Position numbers and translations under genes: made by a program. Below, piece after piece: positions 1-6,197 of a DNA stretch of 6,197 nucleotides. The DNA comes from a virus (Duplodnaviria > Heunggongvirae > Uroviricota > Caudoviricetes): the IMG/VR virus record IMGVR_UViG_2541047125_000012; one strand, 5' to 3'. The notes under the pieces were generated by a model that did not search any database, had not been told where the DNA came from, and was given only the letters and a program-made list of their open reading frames with translations. Each line of letters opens with the position of its first letter. Positions within the stretch are counted from its first letter, which is position 1.

Positions 1-182
1 CGCGCGTTACCCAGCTTGATTACGGGCAAATCCCCCCGGTTAACCTTGATTCTGGCCTGCGGATTTTTAACCGTGGCCCTTTTCAGCCTGGCCCTTTCCT
101 TTACCAGTTTCCGGCGTACTCTTGTCTCACGGGCAACCTGTGACGCCGACTGCGATATCGCGGATGAAGCAACGCGGTTAAT
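1..182 (-). pseudogene. Z: Inverted, 5'-truncated fragment of the tail completion protein Z gene (about codons 30-89), reading leftward out of the window.
   Basis: Minus-strand translation of 182->94 gives INRVASSAISQSASQVARETRVRRKLVKE, and the next codon (95->93, R) runs in frame into the copy of arm 2 (ARLKRATVKNPQ...). This matches what I recall as the native lambda gpZ segment just upstream of ARLKRATV. No start codon or N-terminal approx. 29 codons are present. Confidence 0.6.
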
Positions 183-275
183 GGCCAGGCTGAAAAGGGC
201 CACGGTTAAAAATCCGCAGGCCAGAATCAAGGTTAACCGGGGGGATTTGCCCGTAATCAAGCTGGGTAACGCGCG
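1..275. repeat. Perfect inverted repeat: arm 1 (1-93) is the exact reverse complement of arm 2 (183-275), 93/93 matches, with an 89-bp unique segment (94-182) between them. Arm 1 reaches the window edge, so the repeat may continue upstream.
   Basis: Base-by-base reverse-complement comparison done by hand. The match breaks at 94 vs 182 (c vs t, not complementary). The partner of position 276 would lie before position 1. Confidence 0.95.
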
Positions 276-588
276 GGTTGTCCTGTCCCGACGCAGGCGT
301 CGTAAAAAGGGGCAGCGTTCATCCCTGAAAGGTGGCGGCAGCGTGCTTGTGGTGGGAAACCGTCGTATTCCCGGCGCGTTTATTCAGCAACTGAAAAATG
401 GCCGGTGGCATGTCATGCAGCGTGTGGCCGGGAAAAACCGTTACCCCATTGATGTGGTGAAAATCCCGATGGCGGTGCCGCTGACCACGGCGTTTAAACA
501 GAATATTGAGCGGATACGGCGTGAACGTCTTCCGAAAGAGCTGGGCTATGCGCTGCAGCATCAACTGAGAATGGTAATAAAGCGATGA
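181..588 (+). CDS. Z: Tail completion protein Z, 5'-truncated: native codons approx. 59-192 are intact and the native start and N-terminus are absent. An in-frame ATG at 181-183 is created at the junction. The supplied ORF 16-588 is a chimeric read-through of the inverted arm, not the native gene.
   Basis: Translation from 184 (ARLKRATVKNPQARIKVNRGDLPVIKLGNARVVLSRRRRRKKGQRSS...LRMVIKR) matches recalled lambda gpZ. The TGA stop at 586-588 overlaps the U start (ATGA). Native gpZ is 192 aa by recollection, which would need a start near position 10, where the sequence is ccc. Confidence 0.8.
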   Translation: MARLKRATVKNPQARIKVNRGDLPVIKLGNARVVLSRRRRRKKGQRSSLKGGGSVLVVGNRRIPGAFIQQLKNGRWHVMQRVAGKNRYPIDVVKIPMAVPLTTAFKQNIERIRRERLPKELGYALQHQLRMVIKR

Positions 589-980
589 AACATACTGAAC
601 TCCGTGCAGCCGTACTGGATGCACTGGAGAAGCATGACACCGGGGCGACGTTTTTTGATGGTCGCCCCGCTGTTTTTGATGAGGCGGATTTTCCGGCAGT
701 TGCCGTTTATCTCACCGGCGCTGAATACACGGGCGAAGAGCTGGACAGCGATACCTGGCAGGCGGAGCTGCATATCGAAGTTTTCCTGCCTGCTCAGGTG
801 CCGGATTCAGAGCTGGATGCGTGGATGGAGTCCCGGATTTATCCGGTGATGAGCGATATCCCGGCACTATCAGATTTGATCACCAGTATGGTGGCCAGTG
901 GCTATGACTACCGGCGCGACGATGATGCGGGCCTGTGGAGTTCAGCCGATCTGACTTATGTCATTACCTATGAAATGTGA
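585..980 (+). CDS. U: Tail terminator protein U (tail tube terminator), 131 aa.
   Basis: ORF 585-980 ([36 protein letters not shown]...) matches recalled lambda gpU in sequence and length. The ATG overlaps the Z stop, and synteny is Z-U-V. Confidence 0.9.
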   Translation: MKHTELRAAVLDALEKHDTGATFFDGRPAVFDEADFPAVAVYLTGAEYTGEELDSDTWQAELHIEVFLPAQVPDSELDAWMESRIYPVMSDIPALSDLITSMVASGYDYRRDDDAGLWSSADLTYVITYEM

Positions 981-982
981 GG
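979..982 (+). promoter_or_regulatory. Shine-Dalgarno (GAGG) for V, 5 nt upstream of ATG 988.
   Basis: tgaGGAGgacgatATG read directly; it overlaps the U stop codon. Confidence 0.6.
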
Positions 983-987
983 ACGAT

Positions 988-1728
988 ATGCCAACACCAA
1001 ATCCTCTGGCACCGGTGAAAGGGGCCGGGACCACACTGTGGGTTTATAACGGGAACGGCGACCCATATGCAAACCCGCTTTCAGACAATGACTGGTCGCG
1101 TCTGGCAAAGGTTAAAGACCTGACGCCCGGCGAACTGACCGCTGAGTCCTATGACGACAGTTATCTCGATGATGAAGATGCGGACTGGGCCGCGACCGGA
1201 CAGGGGCAGAAATCCGCTGGAGATACCAGCTTCACGCTGGCGTGGATGCCCGGAGAGCAGGGGCAGCAGGCGCTGCTGGCGTGGTTTAATGAAGGTGATA
1301 CCCGTGCCTATAAAATCCGCTTCCCGAACGGCACGGTCGATGTGTTCCGCGGCTGGGTCAGCAGTATCGGTAAGGCGGTGACGGCGAAGGAAGTGATCAC
1401 CCGCACGGTGAAAGTCACCAACGTGGGACGTCCGTCGATGGCAGAAGATCGCAGCACGGTAACAGCGGCAACCGGCATGACCGTGACGCCTGCCAGCACC
1501 TCGGTGGTGAAAGGGCAGAGCACGACGCTGACCGTGGCATTCCAGCCGGAAGGCGCAACCGACAAGAGCTTCCGTGCGGTGTCTGCGGATAAAACAAAAG
1601 CCACCGTGTCGGTCAGTGGTATGACCATCACCGTGAAAGGTGTTGCTGCAGGCAAGGTCAACATTCCGGTCGTATCCGGTAATGGTGAGTTTGCTGCGGT
1701 TGCAGAAATCAACGTCACCGCCAGTTAA
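988..1728 (+). CDS. V: Major tail tube protein V, 246 aa, with a C-terminal Ig-like (Big_2-type) domain.
   Basis: The supplied ORF runs 958-1728, but the ATG at 988 ([20 protein letters not shown]...) has a GAGG Shine-Dalgarno and gives the 246-aa length I recall for lambda gpV. The ATG at 958 would overlap U and has no Shine-Dalgarno. TAA stop at 1726-1728. Confidence 0.9.
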   Translation: MPTPNPLAPVKGAGTTLWVYNGNGDPYANPLSDNDWSRLAKVKDLTPGELTAESYDDSYLDDEDADWAATGQGQKSAGDTSFTLAWMPGEQGQQALLAWFNEGDTRAYKIRFPNGTVDVFRGWVSSIGKAVTAKEVITRTVKVTNVGRPSMAEDRSTVTAATGMTVTPASTSVVKGQSTTLTVAFQPEGATDKSFRAVSADKTKATVSVSGMTITVKGVAAGKVNIPVVSGNGEFAAVAEINVTAS

Positions 1729-1731
1729 TCC

Positions 1732-1735
1732 GGAG
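1732..1735 (+). promoter_or_regulatory. Shine-Dalgarno (GGAG) for G, 8 nt upstream of ATG 1744.
   Basis: taatccGGAGaatcagcgATG read directly. Confidence 0.6.
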
Positions 1736-1743
1736 AATCAGCG

Positions 1744-2166
1744 ATGTTCCTGAAAACCGAATCATTTGAACATAACGGCGTGACCGTCACGCTTTCTGAA
1801 CTGTCAGCCCTGCAGCGTATTGAGCATCTCGCCCTGATGAAACGGCAGGCAGAACAGGCGGAGTCAGACAGCAACCGGAAGTTTACTGTGGAAGACGCCA
1901 TCAGAACCGGCGCTTTTGTGGTGGCGATGTCCCTGTGGCATAACCATCCGAAGAAGACGCAGATGCCGTCCATGAATGAAGCCGTTAAACAGATTGAGCA
2001 GGAAGTGCTTACCACCTGGCCCGCGGAGGCAATTTCTCATGCTGAAAACGTGGTGTACCGGCTGTCCGGTATGTATGAGTTTGTGGTGAATGATGCCCCT
2101 GAACAGGCAGAGGACGCCGGGCCTGCAGAGCCTGTTTCTGCGGGAAAGTGTTCGACGGTGAGCTGA
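1744..2166 (+). CDS. G: Tail assembly chaperone G, 140 aa (the zero-frame product).
   Basis: ORF 1744-2166 (MFLKTESFEHNGVTVTLSELSALQRIEHLALMKRQAEQAE...) matches recalled lambda gpG. It ends 18 nt after the slippery heptamer. Confidence 0.87.
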   Translation: MFLKTESFEHNGVTVTLSELSALQRIEHLALMKRQAEQAESDSNRKFTVEDAIRTGAFVVAMSLWHNHPKKTQMPSMNEAVKQIEQEVLTTWPAEAISHAENVVYRLSGMYEFVVNDAPEQAEDAGPAEPVSAGKCSTVS

Positions 2167-2582
2167 GTTTTGCCCTGAAACTGGCGCGCGAGATGGGGCG
2201 ACCCGACTGGCGTGCCATGCTTGCCGGGATGTCATCCACGGAGTATGCCGACTGGCACCGCTTTTACAGTACCCATTATTTTCATGATGTTCTGCTGGAT
2301 ATGCACTTTTCCGGGCTGACGTACACCGTGCTCAGCCTGTTTTTCAGCGATCCGGATATGCATCCGCTGGATTTCAGTCTGCTGAACCGGCGTGAGGCTG
2401 ACGAAGAGCCTGAAGATGATGTGCTGATGCAGAAAGCGGCAGGGCTTGCTGGAGGCGTTCGTTTTGGCCCGGACGGGAATGAAGTTATCCCCGCTTCCCC
2501 GGATGTGGCGGACATGACGGAGGATGACGTAATGCTGATGACAGTATCAGAAGGGATCGCAGGAGGAGTCCGGTATGGCTGA
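1744..2582 (+). CDS. T: Tail assembly chaperone G-T fusion made by -1 frameshift: join(1744..2148, 2148..2582). The T-frame part (2148-2582) has no independent initiation.
   Basis: T-frame ORF 2148-2582 (VFDGELSFALKLAREMGRPDWRAMLAGMSSTEYADWHRF...) matches the recalled lambda T region. Its stop (TGA 2580-2582) overlaps the H start (ATGGCTGA). Confidence 0.8.
2142..2148 (+). promoter_or_regulatory. Programmed -1 ribosomal frameshift slippery heptamer G GGA AAG, linking the G frame to the T frame.
   Basis: G-frame codons GGA (2143-2145) and AAG (2146-2148). The -1 frame opens at 2148 (GTG TTC GAC = VFD...) and runs to 2582 with no start codon or Shine-Dalgarno of its own. This matches the conserved tail-chaperone frameshift of lambda G/G-T. 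Confidence 0.8.
2561..2566 (+). promoter_or_regulatory. Shine-Dalgarno (AGGAGG) for H, 8 nt upstream of ATG 2575.
   Basis: gcAGGAGGagtccggtATG read directly; it lies inside the 3' end of the T frame. Confidence 0.7.
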
Positions 2583-5142
2583 ACCGGTAGGCGATCTGGT
2601 CGTTGATTTAAGTCTGGATGCGGCCAGATTTGACGAGCAGATGGCCAGAGTCAGGCGTCATTTTTCCGGTACGGAAAGTGATGCGAAAAAAACAGCGGCA
2701 GTCGTTGAACAGTCGATGAGCCGGCAGGCGCTGGCTGCACAGAAAGCGGGAATTTCCGTCGGGCAGTATAAAGCCGCCATGCGTATGCTGCCTGCGCAGT
2801 TCACTGACGTGGCCACGCAGCTTGCAGGTGGGCAAAGTCCGTGGCTGATCCTGCTGCAACAGGGGGGGCAGGTGAAGGACTCCTTCGGCGGGATGATCCC
2901 CATGTTCAGGGGGCTTGCCGGTGCGATCACCCTGCCGATGGTCGGGGTCACCTCGCTGGCGGTGGCGACAGGTGCGCTGGTGTACGCCTGGTACCAGGGA
3001 GATTCCACGCTTTCAGCGTTTAATAAAACCCTGGTTCTTTCCGGTAATCAGTCCGGACTGACTGCCGATCGCATGCTGACGCTCTCAAGAGCCGGGCAGG
3101 CAGCAGGGCTGACGTTTAACCAGGCGAGAGAGTCACTGGCAGCCCTGGTGAATGCCGGTGTGCGTGGTGGTGAACAGTTTGATGCCATCAACCAGAGTGT
3201 CGCGCGTTTTGCTTCTGCATCCGGTGTGGAGGTGGACAAGGTTGCAGAGGCTTTCGGAAAACTGACCACCGACCCTACGTCGGGGCTGATTGCGATGGTG
3301 CGCCAGTTCCGTAACGTGACGGCAGAGCAGATTGCGTATGTTGCGCAGCTGCAGCGTTCCGGTGATGAGGCCGGGGCCTTACAGGCGGCGAACGATATCG
3401 CCACGAAAGGCTTTGATGAGCAGACCCGTCGCCTGAAAGAAAACATGGGGACACTGGAGACCTGGGCGGATAAAACCGGGAAGGCATTCAAATCGATGTG
3501 GGATGCCATTCTGGATATCGGTCGTCCTGAGTCCTCAGCGGATATGCTCGCCAGTGCACAGAAGGCATTTGATGAGGCGGATAAAAAATGGCAGTGGTAC
3601 CAGAGCCGGAGCCAGCGCCGGGGAAAAACCGCCTCTTTCCGGGCCAACCTTCAGGGCGCATGGAATGACCGGGAAAATGCCCGTCTGGGGCTGGCAGCGG
3701 CCACGCTGCAGTCGGATATGGAAAAAGCCGGTGAACTGGCCGCCAGGGACCGGGCCGAACGGGACGCATCACAGCTGAAGTATACCGGAGAGGCGCAGAA
3801 GGCGTATGAGCGTCTGCTGACGCCGCTGGAGAAATATACCGCCCGTCAGGAAGAACTGAATAAGGCCCTGAAAGACGGGAAAATCCTGCGGGCGGATTAC
3901 AACACGCTGATGGCGGCGGCGAAAAAGGACTATGAAGCGACGCTGAAAAAGCCGAAACAGTCCGGCGTGAAGGTGTCTGCGGGCGATCGTCAGGAAGACA
4001 GTGCTCATGCTGCCCTGCTGACGCTTCAGGCAGAACTCCGGATGCTGGAGAAGCATGCCGGAGCGAATGAGAAAATCAGCCAGCAGCGCCGGGATTTGTG
4101 GAAGGCAGAAAGTCAGTTCGCGGTACTGGAGGAGGCGGCACAACGTCGCCAGCTGTCCGCACAGGAGAAATCCCTGCTGGCGCATAAAGACGAGACGCTG
4201 GAGTACAAACGCCAGCTGGCTGTACTTGGCGACAAGGTCACCTATCAGGAGCACCTGAACGCGCTGGCACAGCAGGCGGATAAATTCGCACAGCAACAAC
4301 GGGCAAAACGGGCCGCCATTGATGCAAAAAACCGGGGGCTGACTGACCGGCAGGCAGCGCGGGAAGCCACGGAACAGCGCCTGAAGGAACAGTATGGCGA
4401 TAATCCTCTGGCGCTGAATAACGTCATGTCAGAGCAGAAAAAGACCTGGGCAGCTGAAGACCAGCTTCGCGGGAGCTGGATGGCAGGCCTCAGGTCAGGC
4501 TGGAGTGAGTGGGAAGAGAGCGCCACGGACAGTATGTCGCAGGTTAAAAGTGCTGCCACGCAGACCTTTGATGGTATTGCACAGAATATGGCGGCGATGC
4601 TGACCGGCAGTGAACAGAACTGGCGCAGCTTCACCCGTTCCGTGCTGTCCATGATGACAGAAATTCTGCTTAAGCAGGCAATGGTGGGGATTGTCGGAAG
4701 TATAGGCAGCGCCATTGGCGGCGGCGCATCAGCGTCAGGCGGTACAGCCATTCAGGCAGCTGCGGCGAAATTCCATTTTGCGGCCGGAGGGTTTACGGGA
4801 ACCGGCGGCAAATATGAGCCAGCGGGGATTGTTCACCGTGGTGAATTTGTCTTCACGAAGGAGGCAACCAGCCGGATTGGCGTAGGAAATCTTTACCGGC
4901 TGATGCGCGGCTATGCCACCGGCGGTTATGTCGGTACACCGGGCAGCATGGCGGACAGCCGGTCGCAGGCGTCCGGGACGTTTGAGCAGAATAACCATGT
5001 GGTGATTAACAACGACGGCACGAACGGTCAGATAGGGCCACAGGCACTGAAGGCGGTTTATGACGTAGCCCGTAAGGCGGCAATGGATGTTGTGACCGGG
5101 CAGATGCGCGATGGTGGTCTGTTCTCCGGAGGTGGACGATGA
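2575..5142 (+). CDS. H: Tail tape measure protein H, 855 aa.
   Basis: ORF 2575-5142 (MAEPVGDLVVDLSLDAARFDEQMARVRRHF...MRDGGLFSGGGR) matches recalled lambda gpH. It has a long Ala/Gln/Glu/Lys/Arg-rich helical middle, a Gly-rich hydrophobic C-proximal segment, and sits between G-T and M. Confidence 0.92.
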   Translation: MAEPVGDLVVDLSLDAARFDEQMARVRRHFSGTESDAKKTAAVVEQSMSRQALAAQKAGISVGQYKAAMRMLPAQFTDVATQLAGGQSPWLILLQQGGQVKDSFGGMIPMFRGLAGAITLPMVGVTSLAVATGALVYAWYQGDSTLSAFNKTLVLSGNQSGLTADRMLTLSRAGQAAGLTFNQARESLAALVNAGVRGGEQFDAINQSVARFASASGVEVDKVAEAFGKLTTDPTSGLIAMVRQFRNVTAEQIAYVAQLQRSGDEAGALQAANDIATKGFDEQTRRLKENMGTLETWADKTGKAFKSMWDAILDIGRPESSADMLASAQKAFDEADKKWQWYQSRSQRRGKTASFRANLQGAWNDRENARLGLAAATLQSDMEKAGELAARDRAERDASQLKYTGEAQKAYERLLTPLEKYTARQEELNKALKDGKILRADYNTLMAAAKKDYEATLKKPKQSGVKVSAGDRQEDSAHAALLTLQAELRMLEKHAGANEKISQQRRDLWKAESQFAVLEEAAQRRQLSAQEKSLLAHKDETLEYKRQLAVLGDKVTYQEHLNALAQQADKFAQQQRAKRAAIDAKNRGLTDRQAAREATEQRLKEQYGDNPLALNNVMSEQKKTWAAEDQLRGSWMAGLRSGWSEWEESATDSMSQVKSAATQTFDGIAQNMAAMLTGSEQNWRSFTRSVLSMMTEILLKQAMVGIVGSIGSAIGGGASASGGTAIQAAAAKFHFAAGGFTGTGGKYEPAGIVHRGEFVFTKEATSRIGVGNLYRLMRGYATGGYVGTPGSMADSRSQASGTFEQNNHVVINNDGTNGQIGPQALKAVYDVARKAAMDVVTGQMRDGGLFSGGGR
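5128..5132 (+). promoter_or_regulatory. Shine-Dalgarno (GGAGG) for M, 6 nt upstream of ATG 5139.
   Basis: ctccGGAGGtggacgATG read directly; it lies inside the last codons of H. Confidence 0.65.
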
Positions 5143-5468
5143 AAACCTTCCGCTGGAAAGTGAAACCCGGTATGGATGTGGCTTCGGCCCCTTCCGTAAG
5201 AAAGGTGCGCTTTGGTGATGGCTATTCCCAGCGAGCGCCTGCCGGGCTGAATGCCGACCTGAAAACGTACAGCGTGACGCTTTCTGTTCCCCGTTGGGAG
5301 GCCACGGCGCTTGAGTCGTTTCTGGCTGAGCACGGGGGCTGGAAGGCCTTTCTGTGGACGCCGCCTTATGAGTGGCGGCAGATAAAGGTGACCTGCGCAA
5401 AATGGTCGTCGCGGGTCAGTATGCTGCGTGTTGAGTTCAGCGCAGAGTTTGAACAGGTGGTGAACTGA
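5139..5468 (+). CDS. M: Tail tip assembly protein M, 109 aa.
   Basis: ORF 5139-5468 (MKTFRWKVKPGMDVASAPSVRKVRFGDGYSQRAPAGLNADLKTYSV...) matches recalled lambda gpM. ATGA overlap with the H stop and TGATG overlap with the L start. Confidence 0.88.
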   Translation: MKTFRWKVKPGMDVASAPSVRKVRFGDGYSQRAPAGLNADLKTYSVTLSVPRWEATALESFLAEHGGWKAFLWTPPYEWRQIKVTCAKWSSRVSMLRVEFSAEFEQVVN

Positions 5469-6166
5469 TGCAGGATATCCGGCAGGAAACACTGAATGAA
5501 TGCACCCGTGCGGAGCAGTCGGCCAGCGTGGTGCTCTGGGAAATCGATCTGACAGAGGTCGGTGGAGAACGTTATTTTTTCTGTAATGAGCAGAACGAAA
5601 AAGGTGAGCCGGTCACCTGGCAGGGGCGACAGTATCAGCCGTATCCCATTCAGGGGAGTGGTTTTGAACTGAATGGCAAAGGCACCAGTACGCGCCCCAC
5701 GCTGACGGTTTCTAACCTGTACGGTATGGTCACCGGGATGGCGGAAGATCTGCAGAGTCTGGTCGGCGGAACGGTGGTCCGGCGTAAGGTTTACGCCCGT
5801 TTTCTGGATGCGGTGAACTTCGTCAACGGAAACAGTGACGCCGATCCGGAGCAGGAGGTGATCAGCCGCTGGCGCATTGAGCAGTGCAGCGAACTGAGCG
5901 CGGTGAGTGCCTCTTTTGTACTGTCCACGCCGACGGAAACGGACGGCGCTGTTTTTCCGGGACGTATCATGCTGGCCAACACCTGCACCTGGACCTATCG
6001 CGGCGATGAGTGCGGTTATCACGGTCCGGCGGTCGCGGATGAATATGACCAGCCAACGTCCGATATCACGAAGGATAAATGCAGCAAATGCCTGAGCGGT
6101 TGTAAGTTCCGCAATAACGTCGGCAACTTTGGCGGCTTCCTTTCCATTAACAAACTTTCGCAGTAA
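5468..6166 (+). CDS. L: Tail tip protein L, 232 aa, with a Cys-rich C-terminal region (putative Fe-S site).
   Basis: ORF 5468-6166 (MQDIRQETLNECTRAEQSASVVLWEIDLTEVGGERYFFCNEQNEKGEP...FGGFLSINKLSQ) matches recalled lambda gpL. AGGTGG Shine-Dalgarno at 5454-5459. Confidence 0.9.
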   Translation: MQDIRQETLNECTRAEQSASVVLWEIDLTEVGGERYFFCNEQNEKGEPVTWQGRQYQPYPIQGSGFELNGKGTSTRPTLTVSNLYGMVTGMAEDLQSLVGGTVVRRKVYARFLDAVNFVNGNSDADPEQEVISRWRIEQCSELSAVSASFVLSTPTETDGAVFPGRIMLANTCTWTYRGDECGYHGPAVADEYDQPTSDITKDKCSKCLSGCKFRNNVGNFGGFLSINKLSQ

Positions 6167-6171
6167 ATCCC

Positions 6172-6197
6172 ATGACACAGACAGAATCAGCGATTCT
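6172..6197 (+). CDS. K: Tail tip assembly protein K, 5' end only (first 8 codons); it continues past the window.
   Basis: ATG at 6172, 5 nt after the L stop, encoding MTQTESAI..., which matches my recollection of the lambda gpK N-terminus and the expected L-K synteny. Too short to confirm on its own. Confidence 0.5.

Noticed and set aside
1-275. The inverted repeat as a site-specific invertible switch (Gin/Cin/Hin-type) or a transposon terminal inverted repeat.
   Set aside because: No recombinase or transposase gene is in the window. The arms are coding sequence of Z itself, not crossover sites, and they are far longer than typical approx. 26-34 bp inversion sites. The enclosed segment is Z sequence in the opposite orientation, consistent with duplication-inversion or a chimera.
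16-588. The 190-aa ORF 16-588 as an intact gene with a hydrophobic, signal-peptide-like N-terminus.
   Set aside because: Its first approx. 56 residues are the antisense translation of the inverted Z segment (1-182) and only stay open by chance. Only 184-588 matches gpZ, and the putative start is a TTG with no Shine-Dalgarno.
319-849. Small overlapping ORFs in alternative frames or on the minus strand over Z/U (319-624 -, 561-773 -, 604-849 +), and similar ones over V/G (1151-1381 +, 1308-1718 -, 1725-2015 -, 1864-2235 -).
   Set aside because: All are nested inside confidently assigned tail genes with no start context; treated as spurious.
958-987. The upstream ATG at 958 as the V start (supplied ORF 958-1728).
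   Set aside because: It would overlap the U C-terminus by 23 nt and has no Shine-Dalgarno. The ATG at 988 has a GAGG Shine-Dalgarno and gives the expected 246-aa length and MPTPNP... N-terminus.
1729-1743. Possible terminator or attenuator between V and G, which might explain the high V to G expression ratio.
   Set aside because: The 15-nt gap holds only the G Shine-Dalgarno. I see no GC-rich hairpin followed by a T-tract.
2970-2985. Chi-like sequence gcgctggtgt, and other near-matches to GCTGGTGG elsewhere.
   Set aside because: By visual scan, which is not exhaustive, no exact Chi octamer is present on either strand. This is consistent with lambda-like DNA but is not a feature.
3048-5400. 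Long minus-strand ORFs inside H (3048-3647, 3769-4299, 4245-4751, 4735-5400; 168-221 aa).
   Set aside because: They lie entirely antisense to a confidently identified tape measure gene. Their translations are low-complexity (Arg/Ser/Pro/Ala-rich), and they have no Shine-Dalgarno or independent support. Long antisense open frames are expected opposite GC-rich, Ala/Gln-rich coding sequence.
5366-6178. A 270-aa minus-strand ORF covering all of L and part of M.
   Set aside because: It is antisense to two well-supported genes, has no recognisable motif or ribosome-binding site, and has a composition typical of an antisense artefact. It would need transcriptomic or proteomic evidence to take seriously.

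Overview
This window is the tail-morphogenesis module of bacteriophage lambda or a near-identical lambdoid prophage, all on the + strand and tightly packed: a 5'-truncated Z, then U, V, G and the G-T frameshift fusion, H (tape measure), M, L and the first codons of K. Protein identities come from my recall of lambda tail proteins, not from a database search, and should be confirmed by BLASTP/HMM. The one structure ordinary annotation does not explain is at the 5' end. Bases 1-93 are the exact reverse complement of 183-275, and the 89 bp between them, read on the minus strand, continue the Z reading frame into the minus-strand copy of the arm. This is a head-to-head inverted-duplication (fold-back) junction inside gene Z, and neither copy keeps the Z start codon or N-terminus. 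It may be a real rearrangement in a defective prophage or a chimeric assembly/cloning artefact; sequence alone cannot tell. I saw no tRNA/rRNA, CRISPR array, IS element, integrase, or obvious promoter or intrinsic terminator, as expected inside a late operon. I found nothing that supports a novel multi-gene system beyond the junction.
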